Origin: Fidelibacterota bacterium
GTDB lineage: Bacteria; Fidelibacterota; Fidelibacteria; Fidelibacterales; Fidelibacteraceae
DNA length: 33,157 nucleotides
Direction: 5' to 3'
Assembly: GCA_034723415.1 (NCBI GenBank)
Contig: JAYEOX010000132.1
Location: 1 to 33,157 of the forward strand
The position numbers and the translations under genes were made by a program. The notes beneath the pieces are model-generated. The model did not search any database. It was not told the origin of the DNA and saw nothing but the letters and a program-made list of their open reading frames with translations. Below, one piece after another: positions 17,139 to 26,856 of the stretch. Position 1 is the stretch's first letter, and each line of letters begins with the position of its first letter.

Positions 17139-20024
17139 ATGAAAAAAAATAAAATATTTTTAACAGTGATAATTTTATTATCATTTGTCAGTCAATCGTT
17201 TTCTTATATTAATAATTTTAAGGGAATTTGGCAGAATGAAAAATGTGTTCCAGGAGAGAGAAATTGGCTTGTTTTAAGAGTTGAATTTGAAGAAGATACA
17301 AAATCAATTACCACAGGAACAGGGAAATTTTTACAGCAATGGGTAGATGGTGACACAAGTTATGTTTTTGATCCTGTCCCACATGATCGTCGATATTTTA
17401 AATCACATCTGAAAGCAATCAATAATTATTGGTCAACTGTAACAAATAATAAATACACAATTGATACCTCAGATTCGCAAGTATTACCATTAAATGAAAA
17501 TACATATATTTTAAATAATAAAATGCAATATTATAACCCTGCCTCTGATGAGGATAGCGTAGATATTAAATTGGCAGAGTTTGTTTATGATGTTGTAAAA
17601 CTTGTTTCAAACGAAGGCGATTATCCGACAGATCAATCTGAAATTATTATTTATCATGCCGGTGTTGGGCAGGATTTTGATTTTTCAGGTATGTTTGATC
17701 CATCACCTTATGATATTCCGTCATTCTATTTTGATCTAAATTATTTATCAAAAAATCTTCCTGCTGATAAATATTCTGAGTTAGTTAATTTGGGCTTGGA
17801 GAAGGGGATTGTAGTTCCGGAAATGCAAAATCAACTTGATATTAATATTGGATTACATGGAACTGAGATTTTATTGTCTGGATATTTGGTTGGATTGCCA
17901 GCTTTATACAATACTGAAACCGGTAAATCAAAAGCAGGTGTTTTTGGATTGATGGATCAAGGATCAAATAATGCAAATGGATTGGTGCCGATAAAACCAT
18001 CTGCCTTTGAGAGAATTTTGCTCGGAATTCAAGAGCCGATTATTCTTGATGAGAGCGGGAATTACAATTTTTTAGAAGATGAAATTTATCAAATCCCAAT
18101 AAACAGCACAGAATCATTTTTAATTGAATATAGAAAAAATAGTGGAATATTTTTGGATTCATTGTATTCTGCAAAAGGGTATGAAACATATTTAGAAGCA
18201 CTTGAATATATTGATTCTGCAAATATTGTAAATGTAAATTTTGATGAAAATGGGATTTTAATTGGTGTTGATGATTATGATTTAACTTTACAAACTGATG
18301 GATTATTGATCTGGCATTTGAACGATCCATTTTTCCAATTCAATGAAATATCTGATAATCCAAATGGCGGAGATATTCCAATGTTAAGATTGGAAGAAGC
18401 TGATGGCGGTTATGATATTGGTAAAAATTATTCTGTGTTAAGTAGTGCTGTAAATCAAGGTTGGAAGTGGGATATTTGGTTTGAAGGAAACGAAGGATAT
18501 GCTGATAATAATAACGGTTTGCTTAAATTTGCTGATAACTCTAATCCTAATACTCGCACATTTACAAATATTTCATCTGGAATTTCTATCACTAATTTTA
18601 AATTTTCTGAAGATACAGTTTCAATAACATTAAATTTTAGCCAAAGTGATAAAAATATTGAGCCAAATGTTTTTTATAAAGGAATTGCGAGAATTTCCGC
18701 TTTTGATGATGATTGTTTATTTGGTGTAAAAGATAGTTCAATTATTGTAAAAAGTGGTGATCAAATTTATTCAGTATTCAAAAAAAATAAAATTCTCAAT
18801 CCGAATAAAATTTATCTTTATCCATTAGAAACAGGATTCCTCGAAGTTGAAAATGGAACTTTTCAATCATCAATAAATTTATATAATTATTCTGATTCAT
18901 CTTTGTTATTAACTAATAGCCAAGTAATAAATTTTACAGTTAATTTAAAAAATATTTCAATAACCGATAGCGTGATTTTTCTTTCTGCAATTGACAGCAC
19001 AAAATATCCGATAATATACAATTATCAATTGAATTCTTTGGATAATTGGGGAGAACATTCTTTATTAAATTTCTCGTTACCTGTAAAAAAATATTTACCA
19101 GTAAAAATTTCTAATAAAAATTATTTTACAGCCGGAAATACAATAAATTCTTTTGATGGAAATTATTCTCATACTTTTGATTTTGATATTTCTGCAGTTA
19201 CAAATTTAAATGATACTTTAATTATAGCAGATGAATCCGGTGGATTTTATTACTTTGAATCTGTTACCAAAAATTTATCAGAAAAATATGCATCATCTAT
19301 AAAAATTGATAAAATAATTCCAGCTCATATAAACGATGATGGCAAATGTGAATTTATTATTACAGGAATTTATAATGATAGATGGATTTTAGCTGTATTA
19401 AGTCACTATGGATATTTCTTGAATGGCTTCCCAATATTTAAAGATTATGATGAAATTAGAATAGTTGAAAAAAATAGTGAATACAGAATTTTGGCAATGA
19501 GTGATGCCGGCGAACTTGATGAATATTCAATAGGCGGAACAAAACTTTCAAGCAGAACCGCACCGCCAAAGCCAAATTCATTTTTTGTTGGTAATTTTAA
19601 TAATGAAAATATAATTGTATCGGACGGAACTATTTGGACAACTGAATACGATAGTGTTTATTGGGGATATCGTGGAAATAATTTGCAGAATAGTAACAGG
19701 ATCATTTCTACAAAAGATGAAATTATTGTAAATAGTGATGAATTAATTCGAGATGGACTGATTTACAATTATCCAAATCCGATAGAAAATGGAAGAACTA
19801 AATTTCGTTATTTTGCAATTAATGCTGAACAAGTTGATATTTATATTTATGAATTAACCGGCAAATATGTTCAAAAATTATCACAAACACCGAAACAAAA
19901 TCAAGTGAATGAAGTTATATGGAATGTTCGCAGTTTAGAATCCGGTGTATATATTGCTCGAATTAAAGTTATTGGCAATGGTGTTACAGAAGAATATTTT
20001 ATTAAGCCGGCAATTTTGAAATAG
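17139..20024 (+). CDS. Secreted M6 (immune inhibitor A)-like protein lacking zinc ligands, with C-terminal T9SS type A-like sorting domain
   Basis: LVLRVEF, IYHAGVGQDF, GLPALY, FGLMDQGS, ESFLIEYR, GLLIWH, LEEADG; C-terminal YNYPNP...IYELTGK...LESGVYIARI...ILK. Confidence 0.75.
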   Translation: MKKNKIFLTVIILLSFVSQSFSYINNFKGIWQNEKCVPGERNWLVLRVEFEEDTKSITTGTGKFLQQWVDGDTSYVFDPVPHDRRYFKSHLKAINNYWSTVTNNKYTIDTSDSQVLPLNENTYILNNKMQYYNPASDEDSVDIKLAEFVYDVVKLVSNEGDYPTDQSEIIIYHAGVGQDFDFSGMFDPSPYDIPSFYFDLNYLSKNLPADKYSELVNLGLEKGIVVPEMQNQLDINIGLHGTEILLSGYLVGLPALYNTETGKSKAGVFGLMDQGSNNANGLVPIKPSAFERILLGIQEPIILDESGNYNFLEDEIYQIPINSTESFLIEYRKNSGIFLDSLYSAKGYETYLEALEYIDSANIVNVNFDENGILIGVDDYDLTLQTDGLLIWHLNDPFFQFNEISDNPNGGDIPMLRLEEADGGYDIGKNYSVLSSAVNQGWKWDIWFEGNEGYADNNNGLLKFADNSNPNTRTFTNISSGISITNFKFSEDTVSITLNFSQSDKNIEPNVFYKGIARISAFDDDCLFGVKDSSIIVKSGDQIYSVFKKNKILNPNKIYLYPLETGFLEVENGTFQSSINLYNYSDSSLLLTNSQVINFTVNLKNISITDSVIFLSAIDSTKYPIIYNYQLNSLDNWGEHSLLNFSLPVKKYLPVKISNKNYFTAGNTINSFDGNYSHTFDFDISAVTNLNDTLIIADESGGFYYFESVTKNLSEKYASSIKIDKIIPAHINDDGKCEFIITGIYNDRWILAVLSHYGYFLNGFPIFKDYDEIRIVEKNSEYRILAMSDAGELDEYSIGGTKLSSRTAPPKPNSFFVGNFNNENIIVSDGTIWTTEYDSVYWGYRGNNLQNSNRIISTKDEIIVNSDELIRDGLIYNYPNPIENGRTKFRYFAINAEQVDIYIYELTGKYVQKLSQTPKQNQVNEVIWNVRSLESGVYIARIKVIGNGVTEEYFIKPAILK

Positions 20025-20035
20025 GGACTTTACCG

Positions 20036-20057
20036 CCCGCCTAGTCAGTCGGGCAGG
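20036..20057. repeat. REP-like mini element (hairpin + CAGG), copy 2
   Basis: cccgcct-agtc-agtcggg-cagg within accg...cagaggtgcggagatgcagag. Confidence 0.55.
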
Positions 20058-20116
20058 CAGAGGTGCGGAGATGCAGAGAATATAAGAAAACAGAATAATA
20101 AATAAAATTAAAATAT

Positions 20117-23098
20117 ATGCAATTCAAATTCAAAAAAAAAAGTGTAAACAAAAAGATATTAATTTTATTAATAATTATTTTAAGTTCAATTTCACTTTTT
20201 GGACAGAATCATCCTGAGCTGGAATGGTTTACATTTGAATCGGAACATTTTGTGTATCATTATCATAAAGGAACGGAAAGGACTGCACAAATGGCTTTGA
20301 CAATTGCTGAAAAGGTTTATCCGAAAGTTACAGATCTTTACGATTGGGAACCGGCTGATAAGACACATATAATAATTCAAGATACTGATGATTATACTAA
20401 TGGTGGTGCATATTATTTTGATAATAAAATATTATTGTGGGCATCGCCTTTAGAATTTGATTTGCGAGGAAATCATAATTGGATAAGGGATGTTTTTACT
20501 CATGAGTTTTCTCATATTATTTCTTTGGGCGCATCGATGAAATATCCGATAAGTTTTCCCGCTGCTTTCATTCAGGTTTTAGACAGAGAAAAGCCAATTC
20601 GTGATAATATTGTTTTAGAATATCCAAAGGGAATAGCTGCAGTTCCAATTCCGAATGTTGTTGTTCCAATGTGGTGGGCAGAAGGTGTAGCTCAATATCA
20701 ATTTTCAGGATCGACGAATGATATTTGGGATTCTCATCGTGATATGATCTTGCGTGACAGAGCATTAAATAATGACTTATTGACTTGGCCGGAAATGTTT
20801 ACTTTTGGGAAAAAAGGTACAGGAAATGAATCTGTCTATAATACCGGATATGCTTTTGTCAAATATTTAGCAAAAAGATATTCACCAAAAATTCATAAAC
20901 GAATAACAAAAGAAGCACAGAAAAAAACGAGGTTATCATTCAATAAAGTATTCAAAAGAATATTGGGCAAAAACGGGAAAGAAGTTTATAAAGATTGGAC
21001 AGAGGAAATCACGAGTTCTTACAAGAAAAAAACAGAGACAATACAAAAAAATATTGTGAAAGGTGACAAAGTATTTTCAGAAGGGCCAAGTAATTTTTTC
21101 CCATCGTATTCTCCTGACGGAAAAAGATTGGTTTTTACATCTAGTAAAGGAAATGATTACATTGGACGAACAAATTTATATGAATTTACAAAAGGTGAAG
21201 TTGAAAAAATAACCGGTAAAACTCGTGGAAATATTTCTTGGAGTACAGATGGAAAAAATCTTTATTATGCAAAAGAGCAAAAGCCGGACAAATATGGATC
21301 CGTTTGGTTTGATCTTGTAAAATATAATTTCAAAGATGAGGAAGAAGAAAGATTAACTACCGAAGCAAGAGTTTATTCGGTTACTGTTGGAAAGAAAGAC
21401 GAAATTTATCTCATCACCGTTTACGACGGATCGCATAATATTCAAAAGTATAATGGTAAAAATAAAAAGCTCACTCCTTTGACAGATTTTAATAATGGCG
21501 AACAGGTATTTACAATTGATGTGTCAAACGACGGAAAAAAAATTATTTTTGATATGGCATTAATTCATGGTAGAGATATTTACTCACTTGATATAAAAAC
21601 AAAGGAAATCGCGCCGATTGTGCAGAATGAAGATTACGACAACAGGACTCCAGTTATTTCTCCAGATGGAAAATATATTGTTTTTTCATCTGATAGGACA
21701 GGAATTTTTAATCTCTATAAAAAATATTTTAATTCTGATACTGTTGAAGCAATAACAAATATTACCGGTGGAGCTTTTTATCCTGAAATTAATACTCAAA
21801 ATGAAAACGTTTGTTATTCTCTATTTGAAAATGGAAAATTTAAATTAGCAAAATTGAATTCACCAAAAAAAATTAAATCAGAGTTGACACAATATAAGAA
21901 AAACTATAAAATGCCAAACGAAAATTATGATCCAACTAATTTGAAAGAATTTAATTCAGAACCTTATGAAATGACATTCAGCAGAATGTTCTTTATGCCA
22001 TTTGTGATGTGGGATTACAATGCATTTAAATTTGGAACTGTTATGTATCAATCTGAAATTTTAAATAAATTTGACCTATTTACAAATATTTCTATAAATC
22101 GTAGGAAAGACATTGATGCTTATCTCAGTTTGGAATACAAAAAATTATTACCGACAATTTATTTTGAAGGATATTTTGTTACACTGAATATGGATTCGGA
22201 ATATGATCAGTTGTATGAATTTAACTCGTATAAAAGGGAGGTATCTTTCGATTTATGGGATGCGAAATTAGGTGTAAAATATAATTGGCGGAAGGCAAAT
22301 GATTTTGATTTACATGTGTCGCATGGTCAATATTCTGCACATATAAAAGATGATTATGATGATCCATCAATTCCATTACAGAAATTTGGTTATACTTATT
22401 TTAAGGGAACTACAGTTGAATTTGATTACAGTGGGAATTTTGTAAAACCGATGTGGCGAGGAAAAATTAATCCAACAAGTGGATTTGAAATAGATTTGAA
22501 AATTGCTTATGATTTTAATGAGATGATATCAGGTTTTGGAATTAATAAAGAATTTGGAACTTTACAGTCATTATACGATAATAATAATACTATGCGAGTA
22601 GATTTAGATACAGATGTTCATTTACCCGTTCCATTGACGGAAAATGTTGCATTGAATTTCAATATTAATTCCGGTTGGTTAGAGAATGCGAAAGTTGACA
22701 GCTTTTTTAATTATTTTGGTGGTGGAATGCCCGGACTGAAGGGCTATCCGTATTATAGTATTGAAGGAACAAATAAACTTATTTTCACTTCTATGCTGAG
22801 ATTTCCTATTGTAAAAAATATTAATTTAGCTTTTGAACCATTTAAAATGAATAGTATTTACTTGGGAATTTATCACCAAATCGGAAATACTTGGTCCGGG
22901 GGAATTGCTGATTTTGAACCAATTCAAGATATTGGAACCGAAATAAGAATTGGTGGAAATACTTTTTATTCTTTTCCCATTGCGATAACATTTGATGTTG
23001 TCTATGGATTGGATAAAGTGCAATATGATGAATTTGATGAAGAAAAAACTGTTGGTCGAAATTTAAGATTTTATTGGAAAGTGTTATTTCAATTTTAA
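20117..23098 (+). CDS. Gluzincin peptidase + TolB/PD40 beta-propeller + Omp85-like barrel fusion
   Basis: HEFSH and WWAEGVAQY; PSYSPDGK and PVISPDGK repeats; GGMPGLKGY lid-lock-like motif; terminal F. Confidence 0.75.
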   Translation: MQFKFKKKSVNKKILILLIIILSSISLFGQNHPELEWFTFESEHFVYHYHKGTERTAQMALTIAEKVYPKVTDLYDWEPADKTHIIIQDTDDYTNGGAYYFDNKILLWASPLEFDLRGNHNWIRDVFTHEFSHIISLGASMKYPISFPAAFIQVLDREKPIRDNIVLEYPKGIAAVPIPNVVVPMWWAEGVAQYQFSGSTNDIWDSHRDMILRDRALNNDLLTWPEMFTFGKKGTGNESVYNTGYAFVKYLAKRYSPKIHKRITKEAQKKTRLSFNKVFKRILGKNGKEVYKDWTEEITSSYKKKTETIQKNIVKGDKVFSEGPSNFFPSYSPDGKRLVFTSSKGNDYIGRTNLYEFTKGEVEKITGKTRGNISWSTDGKNLYYAKEQKPDKYGSVWFDLVKYNFKDEEEERLTTEARVYSVTVGKKDEIYLITVYDGSHNIQKYNGKNKKLTPLTDFNNGEQVFTIDVSNDGKKIIFDMALIHGRDIYSLDIKTKEIAPIVQNEDYDNRTPVISPDGKYIVFSSDRTGIFNLYKKYFNSDTVEAITNITGGAFYPEINTQNENVCYSLFENGKFKLAKLNSPKKIKSELTQYKKNYKMPNENYDPTNLKEFNSEPYEMTFSRMFFMPFVMWDYNAFKFGTVMYQSEILNKFDLFTNISINRRKDIDAYLSLEYKKLLPTIYFEGYFVTLNMDSEYDQLYEFNSYKREVSFDLWDAKLGVKYNWRKANDFDLHVSHGQYSAHIKDDYDDPSIPLQKFGYTYFKGTTVEFDYSGNFVKPMWRGKINPTSGFEIDLKIAYDFNEMISGFGINKEFGTLQSLYDNNNTMRVDLDTDVHLPVPLTENVALNFNINSGWLENAKVDSFFNYFGGGMPGLKGYPYYSIEGTNKLIFTSMLRFPIVKNINLAFEPFKMNSIYLGIYHQIGNTWSGGIADFEPIQDIGTEIRIGGNTFYSFPIAITFDVVYGLDKVQYDEFDEEKTVGRNLRFYWKVLFQF

Positions 23099-23113
23099 AT
23101 AGGTAAGATAATA

Positions 23114-23878
23114 ATGAAAAAAATAAAAATACTTTTAATAATAATGTTATTTACAATATTCGTTTTTGGACAGATCCCCAAAAAAATTCAAGTTGCGAAG
23201 AAACCAAAATCACCTAAAAAAGCATTAATGATGTCAGCAGTTTTACCGGGTGCCGGACAATTTTACAGTAAATCTAAGTTGTCTGGAATAGTTTATGGAG
23301 CTCTTGAAATTGCAGGAATAACTTCTGCGATTTGGCTTAAAAAAAGTGGTGAAAATAGTATAGATGAATATAAAAATTATGCTGATAATAATTGGAATGT
23401 TTTAAAATTTATGAATGAGTATGACGGAGATCCAAAAACACACAATATGGTTATTTCTATTGATGGTAAAAAATACAGTGTGAGAGATGAATGGGGTGCG
23501 TTATATGATGATTTCAGTGATAGTTATGTTTCAATAAAAGCTGAAAAAGATTATCATTTTTATGAGAATATTGGAAAATACAAACAGTTTCAAACCGGTT
23601 GGACAGATTATGGCGATTCGACAGGATACGAAACTTTGTATAGATCATCACCATATCAGGTAAAATATTCCGATATGCGATTTGATGCCAATCAATTATT
23701 AAAAGGAAGCACTTATGTTGTATCTGCTGTAATGTTCAATCATATAATTTCAGCAATTGATGCGGCGATAAGAACGCGAAAATATAATGACAGAAATGAT
23801 TTGAGTTTTAAAATGAATGCTGTGCCAATTGCTTATAATGATAAAGGTGTAATTTTAAATATGCAGTTTTGTTGGTAA
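23114..23878 (+). CDS. DUF5683-like membrane/secreted protein
   Basis: KSPKKALMMSAVLPGAGQFY ... NHIISAIDA. Confidence 0.7.
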   Translation: MKKIKILLIIMLFTIFVFGQIPKKIQVAKKPKSPKKALMMSAVLPGAGQFYSKSKLSGIVYGALEIAGITSAIWLKKSGENSIDEYKNYADNNWNVLKFMNEYDGDPKTHNMVISIDGKKYSVRDEWGALYDDFSDSYVSIKAEKDYHFYENIGKYKQFQTGWTDYGDSTGYETLYRSSPYQVKYSDMRFDANQLLKGSTYVVSAVMFNHIISAIDAAIRTRKYNDRNDLSFKMNAVPIAYNDKGVILNMQFCW

Positions 23879-23958
23879 AAAAATCTATTGTTATGTCGAT
23901 AAAATTTGTTATTTTATTAACATGGAATTTAAGAGATAAAAATAAAAAAAGGAAATAA

Positions 23959-24702
23959 ATGAAGAGTAAATATTATATTTTGGTTTTAGTAATAATACTA
24001 TTATTTGGTTGTTCAAATAGGAAAAGTGTAAAAATGGATTCATTTCGCGTTAGATATGAAAAAGGGATGGAGTTAGTAAAAAAAGAAAAATATTTTCAAG
24101 CAGTTGATCATTTTACTTATGTTGTTTATAATTCTCCGGGGAGTGAAATTGCAGATAATGCTCAATTCTATTTAGCAGAAAGTCATTATTTTTTAGATGA
24201 ATATTTAATTGCAATCGACGAATATATTAGATTGATCCGCAGATGGCCGGCAAGCTCATTTACTGATCAAGCAAAATATAAAATAGGGAAAGCATATGAA
24301 AAACTCTCGCCTATTTACGAAAGAGATCAAGCTTATACGGTAAAAGCCATTGATGCTTATCAAAGTTTTGTAGATGAATATCCTGAAAGTAAATATAGAG
24401 CAAAAGCAGAAACGAGTATTGAAAAATTGAGATATAAATTAGCCAAAAAAGTTTTTGATGCAGGAAAATTATATATGGTTTTAAGAGAATGGAAGGCAGC
24501 AACAATTACCTTTCAGGAAATTATTAACAACTATTATGATACTAAACTTTTGGATAATACATATTTAGAAGTAGCGTCATGTTATAACAAAATGAATGAT
24601 AAAAGTAATATGATAAAAACACTTAATGAAATTGATCCCAAAAAAATTACATCAACTCAAAATAAAATTCGTTATAATAATTTGTTAGATAAGATAAAAT
24701 AA
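23959..24702 (+). CDS. bamD: Outer membrane protein assembly factor BamD
   Basis: Lipobox LFGC, TPRs, ADNAQFYLAESHY, RDQAYTVKAI..YQSFVDEYPES, KLAKK. Confidence 0.88.
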   Translation: MKSKYYILVLVIILLFGCSNRKSVKMDSFRVRYEKGMELVKKEKYFQAVDHFTYVVYNSPGSEIADNAQFYLAESHYFLDEYLIAIDEYIRLIRRWPASSFTDQAKYKIGKAYEKLSPIYERDQAYTVKAIDAYQSFVDEYPESKYRAKAETSIEKLRYKLAKKVFDAGKLYMVLREWKAATITFQEIINNYYDTKLLDNTYLEVASCYNKMNDKSNMIKTLNEIDPKKITSTQNKIRYNNLLDKIK

Positions 24703-24734
24703 TTATTGTTAAACTATTAAATGAAAAAATAGTT

Positions 24735-25319
24735 ATGAAAATTTGTATTTACGGTGGAAGTTTTGATCCTGTTCATAATGGACACATTCATTTTATTGAT
24801 GAAGTGAGAAAAAAAATACAAATAGATAAGTTTATTATTATTCCGGCAAACATTTCGCCTTTAAAACAAAATGTTAAAATGGCAAATAATTCTGATAGAT
24901 TAAAAATGTTGAATCTTGGACTTGTTGAATATCAAGATTGTATAGTTGATGATTATGAGATTAAGAAAGGTGGAATTTCATATTCAATAGATACTGTAAA
25001 AAAAATGAAAGAAAAATATGGTGAAAAAAACGAATATTATTTTCTTATTGGAAGTGATAATATTTATGTTATAAAAAAATGGAAAGAATATAAAAAAATA
25101 TTAAATTTAGTTAGATTTATTGTTGTCCCGCGCAGGCATTTTAAAAAAGACCAAATTGACAATGAGATATTAAAAAAAATTATTATCGCGAAGATAGAAG
25201 AAATTGATGTTTCTTCCACTAAAATAAGAAATGCGATCAAAGAAAGTAAAAGCATCTCAAATTTTGTTCCTGCTTCAGTTGAACAATATATTAATAAAAA
25301 TGAGTTGTATAGAGAATAA
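24735..25319 (+). CDS. nadD: Nicotinate-nucleotide adenylyltransferase
   Basis: YGGSFDPVHNGH, SYSIDT, FLIGSD and VSSTKIR. Confidence 0.96.
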   Translation: MKICIYGGSFDPVHNGHIHFIDEVRKKIQIDKFIIIPANISPLKQNVKMANNSDRLKMLNLGLVEYQDCIVDDYEIKKGGISYSIDTVKKMKEKYGEKNEYYFLIGSDNIYVIKKWKEYKKILNLVRFIVVPRRHFKKDQIDNEILKKIIIAKIEEIDVSSTKIRNAIKESKSISNFVPASVEQYINKNELYRE

Positions 25320-25478
25320 GTTCCTAACGGAATTTACAAAATATTACGCTTGCTCGATGAAATGCGAATTTTATGGAATGCATTAACTCCGCCGAAGGCG
25401 GACAGGCAGTTAATGCGATGCAATAGCGAAGCCGTTGCAGAAGAATAAATTCCTGACGGAATTTAACAAAATATCACG
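25313..25478. repeat. About 36-nt imperfect direct repeat pair with internal hairpins
   Basis: agaataagttcctaacggaattt-acaaaatattacg (25313-25348) vs agaataaattcctgacggaatttaacaaaatatcacg (25442-25478). Confidence 0.8.
25388..25406. repeat. REP-like mini element (hairpin + CAGG), copy 3
   Basis: tccgcc-gaa-ggcgga-cagg between the palindromic arms gcattaac / gttaatgc. Confidence 0.7.
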
Positions 25479-25720
25479 GATATTTTACTCCATAAACATC
25501 AGCAAAATAATATCCGATTTGCAATTATTTTATTCCATAAATCTATTTTTAAAACCTAAAATATTTCTTATCGATATTTATCTGATTCATTCGCAAAATC
25601 CGTGTTCTATCAACCATCTTTCTTAATTATTAGTGCACCTTTTTTCTATTCCAAATATTATTTTATTTTTCATTATTTTCATTTAAAATTTTTGTATCTT
25701 ATATAAGAAAAACTAATGGA

Positions 25721-26659
25721 ATGATAATGGAAATATTATTTAAATTTGTACTTTTTATTGCAGGAATTCTGCTTCTCTATTATGGAGCGGACTATTTAGT
25801 CAAGGGTGCGGCAAATATTGCTCGAATTTTGGGAATTAAACCAATAGTTGTGGGGTTAACTGTTGTTGCATTTGGAACTTCAATGCCTGAATTTTTAGTG
25901 GGGTTGCAAGCGGCGATTCGTGGTGAGAATGATATTGCAGTGGGAAATATTGTCGGAAGTAACATTGCAAACATTGCTTTGATATTAGGAATTTCAGCTG
26001 TAATTTCACCCTTAGTGATAAATTTTAAAAGTATAAAAAAGGAATTAATATTTTTATTAATCAGTTCATTGGTATTTTGTGGAGTGATTTATAACGGTAC
26101 AAATTTAATTATTGGAATAATTTTCATTCTTATTATGGTAGTATTTATTGTCTATTTAATTTTACATCCAGGTGTAGCTCCTATAAAAGAAGAATTGCCT
26201 GAATCAGATAACTCAATACCTAAAAACATTATTTTTGTTATTGTAGGCGGTGTTGGGTTGGTTTTTGGATCAAGATTTTTAATAGATTCTGCTGTTTTCT
26301 TTGCAAGAATTTTTGAAGTTCCGGAAATTGTAATTGGAATGACAATAGTAGCAATTGGAACTTCATTGCCGGAACTGGCAGCAAGTGTTGTTGCATCGGT
26401 TAAAAAACAATCGGATATTTCAATAGGGAATATTATTGGTTCTAATGTTTTTAATATGTTTTTTGTAATTGGTGGTGTTTCTTTGATAAAAGATATTAAT
26501 GTTAACAAACTGATCTATAGTTTTGAAATTCCAATTATGCTTTTATTAATTGCTCTTCTTTTTCCAATGATAGCAAAAGATAACGGATTGAAACGAACAA
26601 GCGGTGTTATATTTTTAATAATTTATGCTAGTTTTAATTTTTATTTGTTTTATAGATAA
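25721..26659 (+). CDS. Calcium/sodium antiporter (YrbG, CaCA family)
   Basis: Two alpha repeats: GTSMPE...GNIVGSNIAN and GTSLPE...GNIIGSNVFN. Confidence 0.93.
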   Translation: MIMEILFKFVLFIAGILLLYYGADYLVKGAANIARILGIKPIVVGLTVVAFGTSMPEFLVGLQAAIRGENDIAVGNIVGSNIANIALILGISAVISPLVINFKSIKKELIFLLISSLVFCGVIYNGTNLIIGIIFILIMVVFIVYLILHPGVAPIKEELPESDNSIPKNIIFVIVGGVGLVFGSRFLIDSAVFFARIFEVPEIVIGMTIVAIGTSLPELAASVVASVKKQSDISIGNIIGSNVFNMFFVIGGVSLIKDINVNKLIYSFEIPIMLLLIALLFPMIAKDNGLKRTSGVIFLIIYASFNFYLFYR

Positions 26660-26856
26660 ATTTATCACGAATAATACATATCGTTGTCTTTAGTTTGTAT
26701 GTTAGTGAATTCATGAGAAAAATAATATTTATGTGTATATTTAAAAAATTATTTATAAATTATATGGATATATAAAATAATGAAGGTAAAATTTGAATAG
26801 AATAATGATAGACGAATCAATAAACATTCCTTTACAATTTTGAGTGAGCTTTTTAA

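Noticed and set aside
25313..25478. Two about 36-nt repeats as a mini CRISPR
   Set aside because: Only two degenerate copies, a 93-nt interval that is too long and itself repeat-derived, and no cas genes
25435..25626. 63-aa ORF with TTG start
   Set aside because: Made of the intergenic repeat mosaic; no RBS or recognisable motif
26660..26720. Degenerate inverted repeat after the Ca/Na antiporter as a terminator or ncRNA
   Set aside because: Pairing is too imperfect and there is no U tract; at most a decayed repeat
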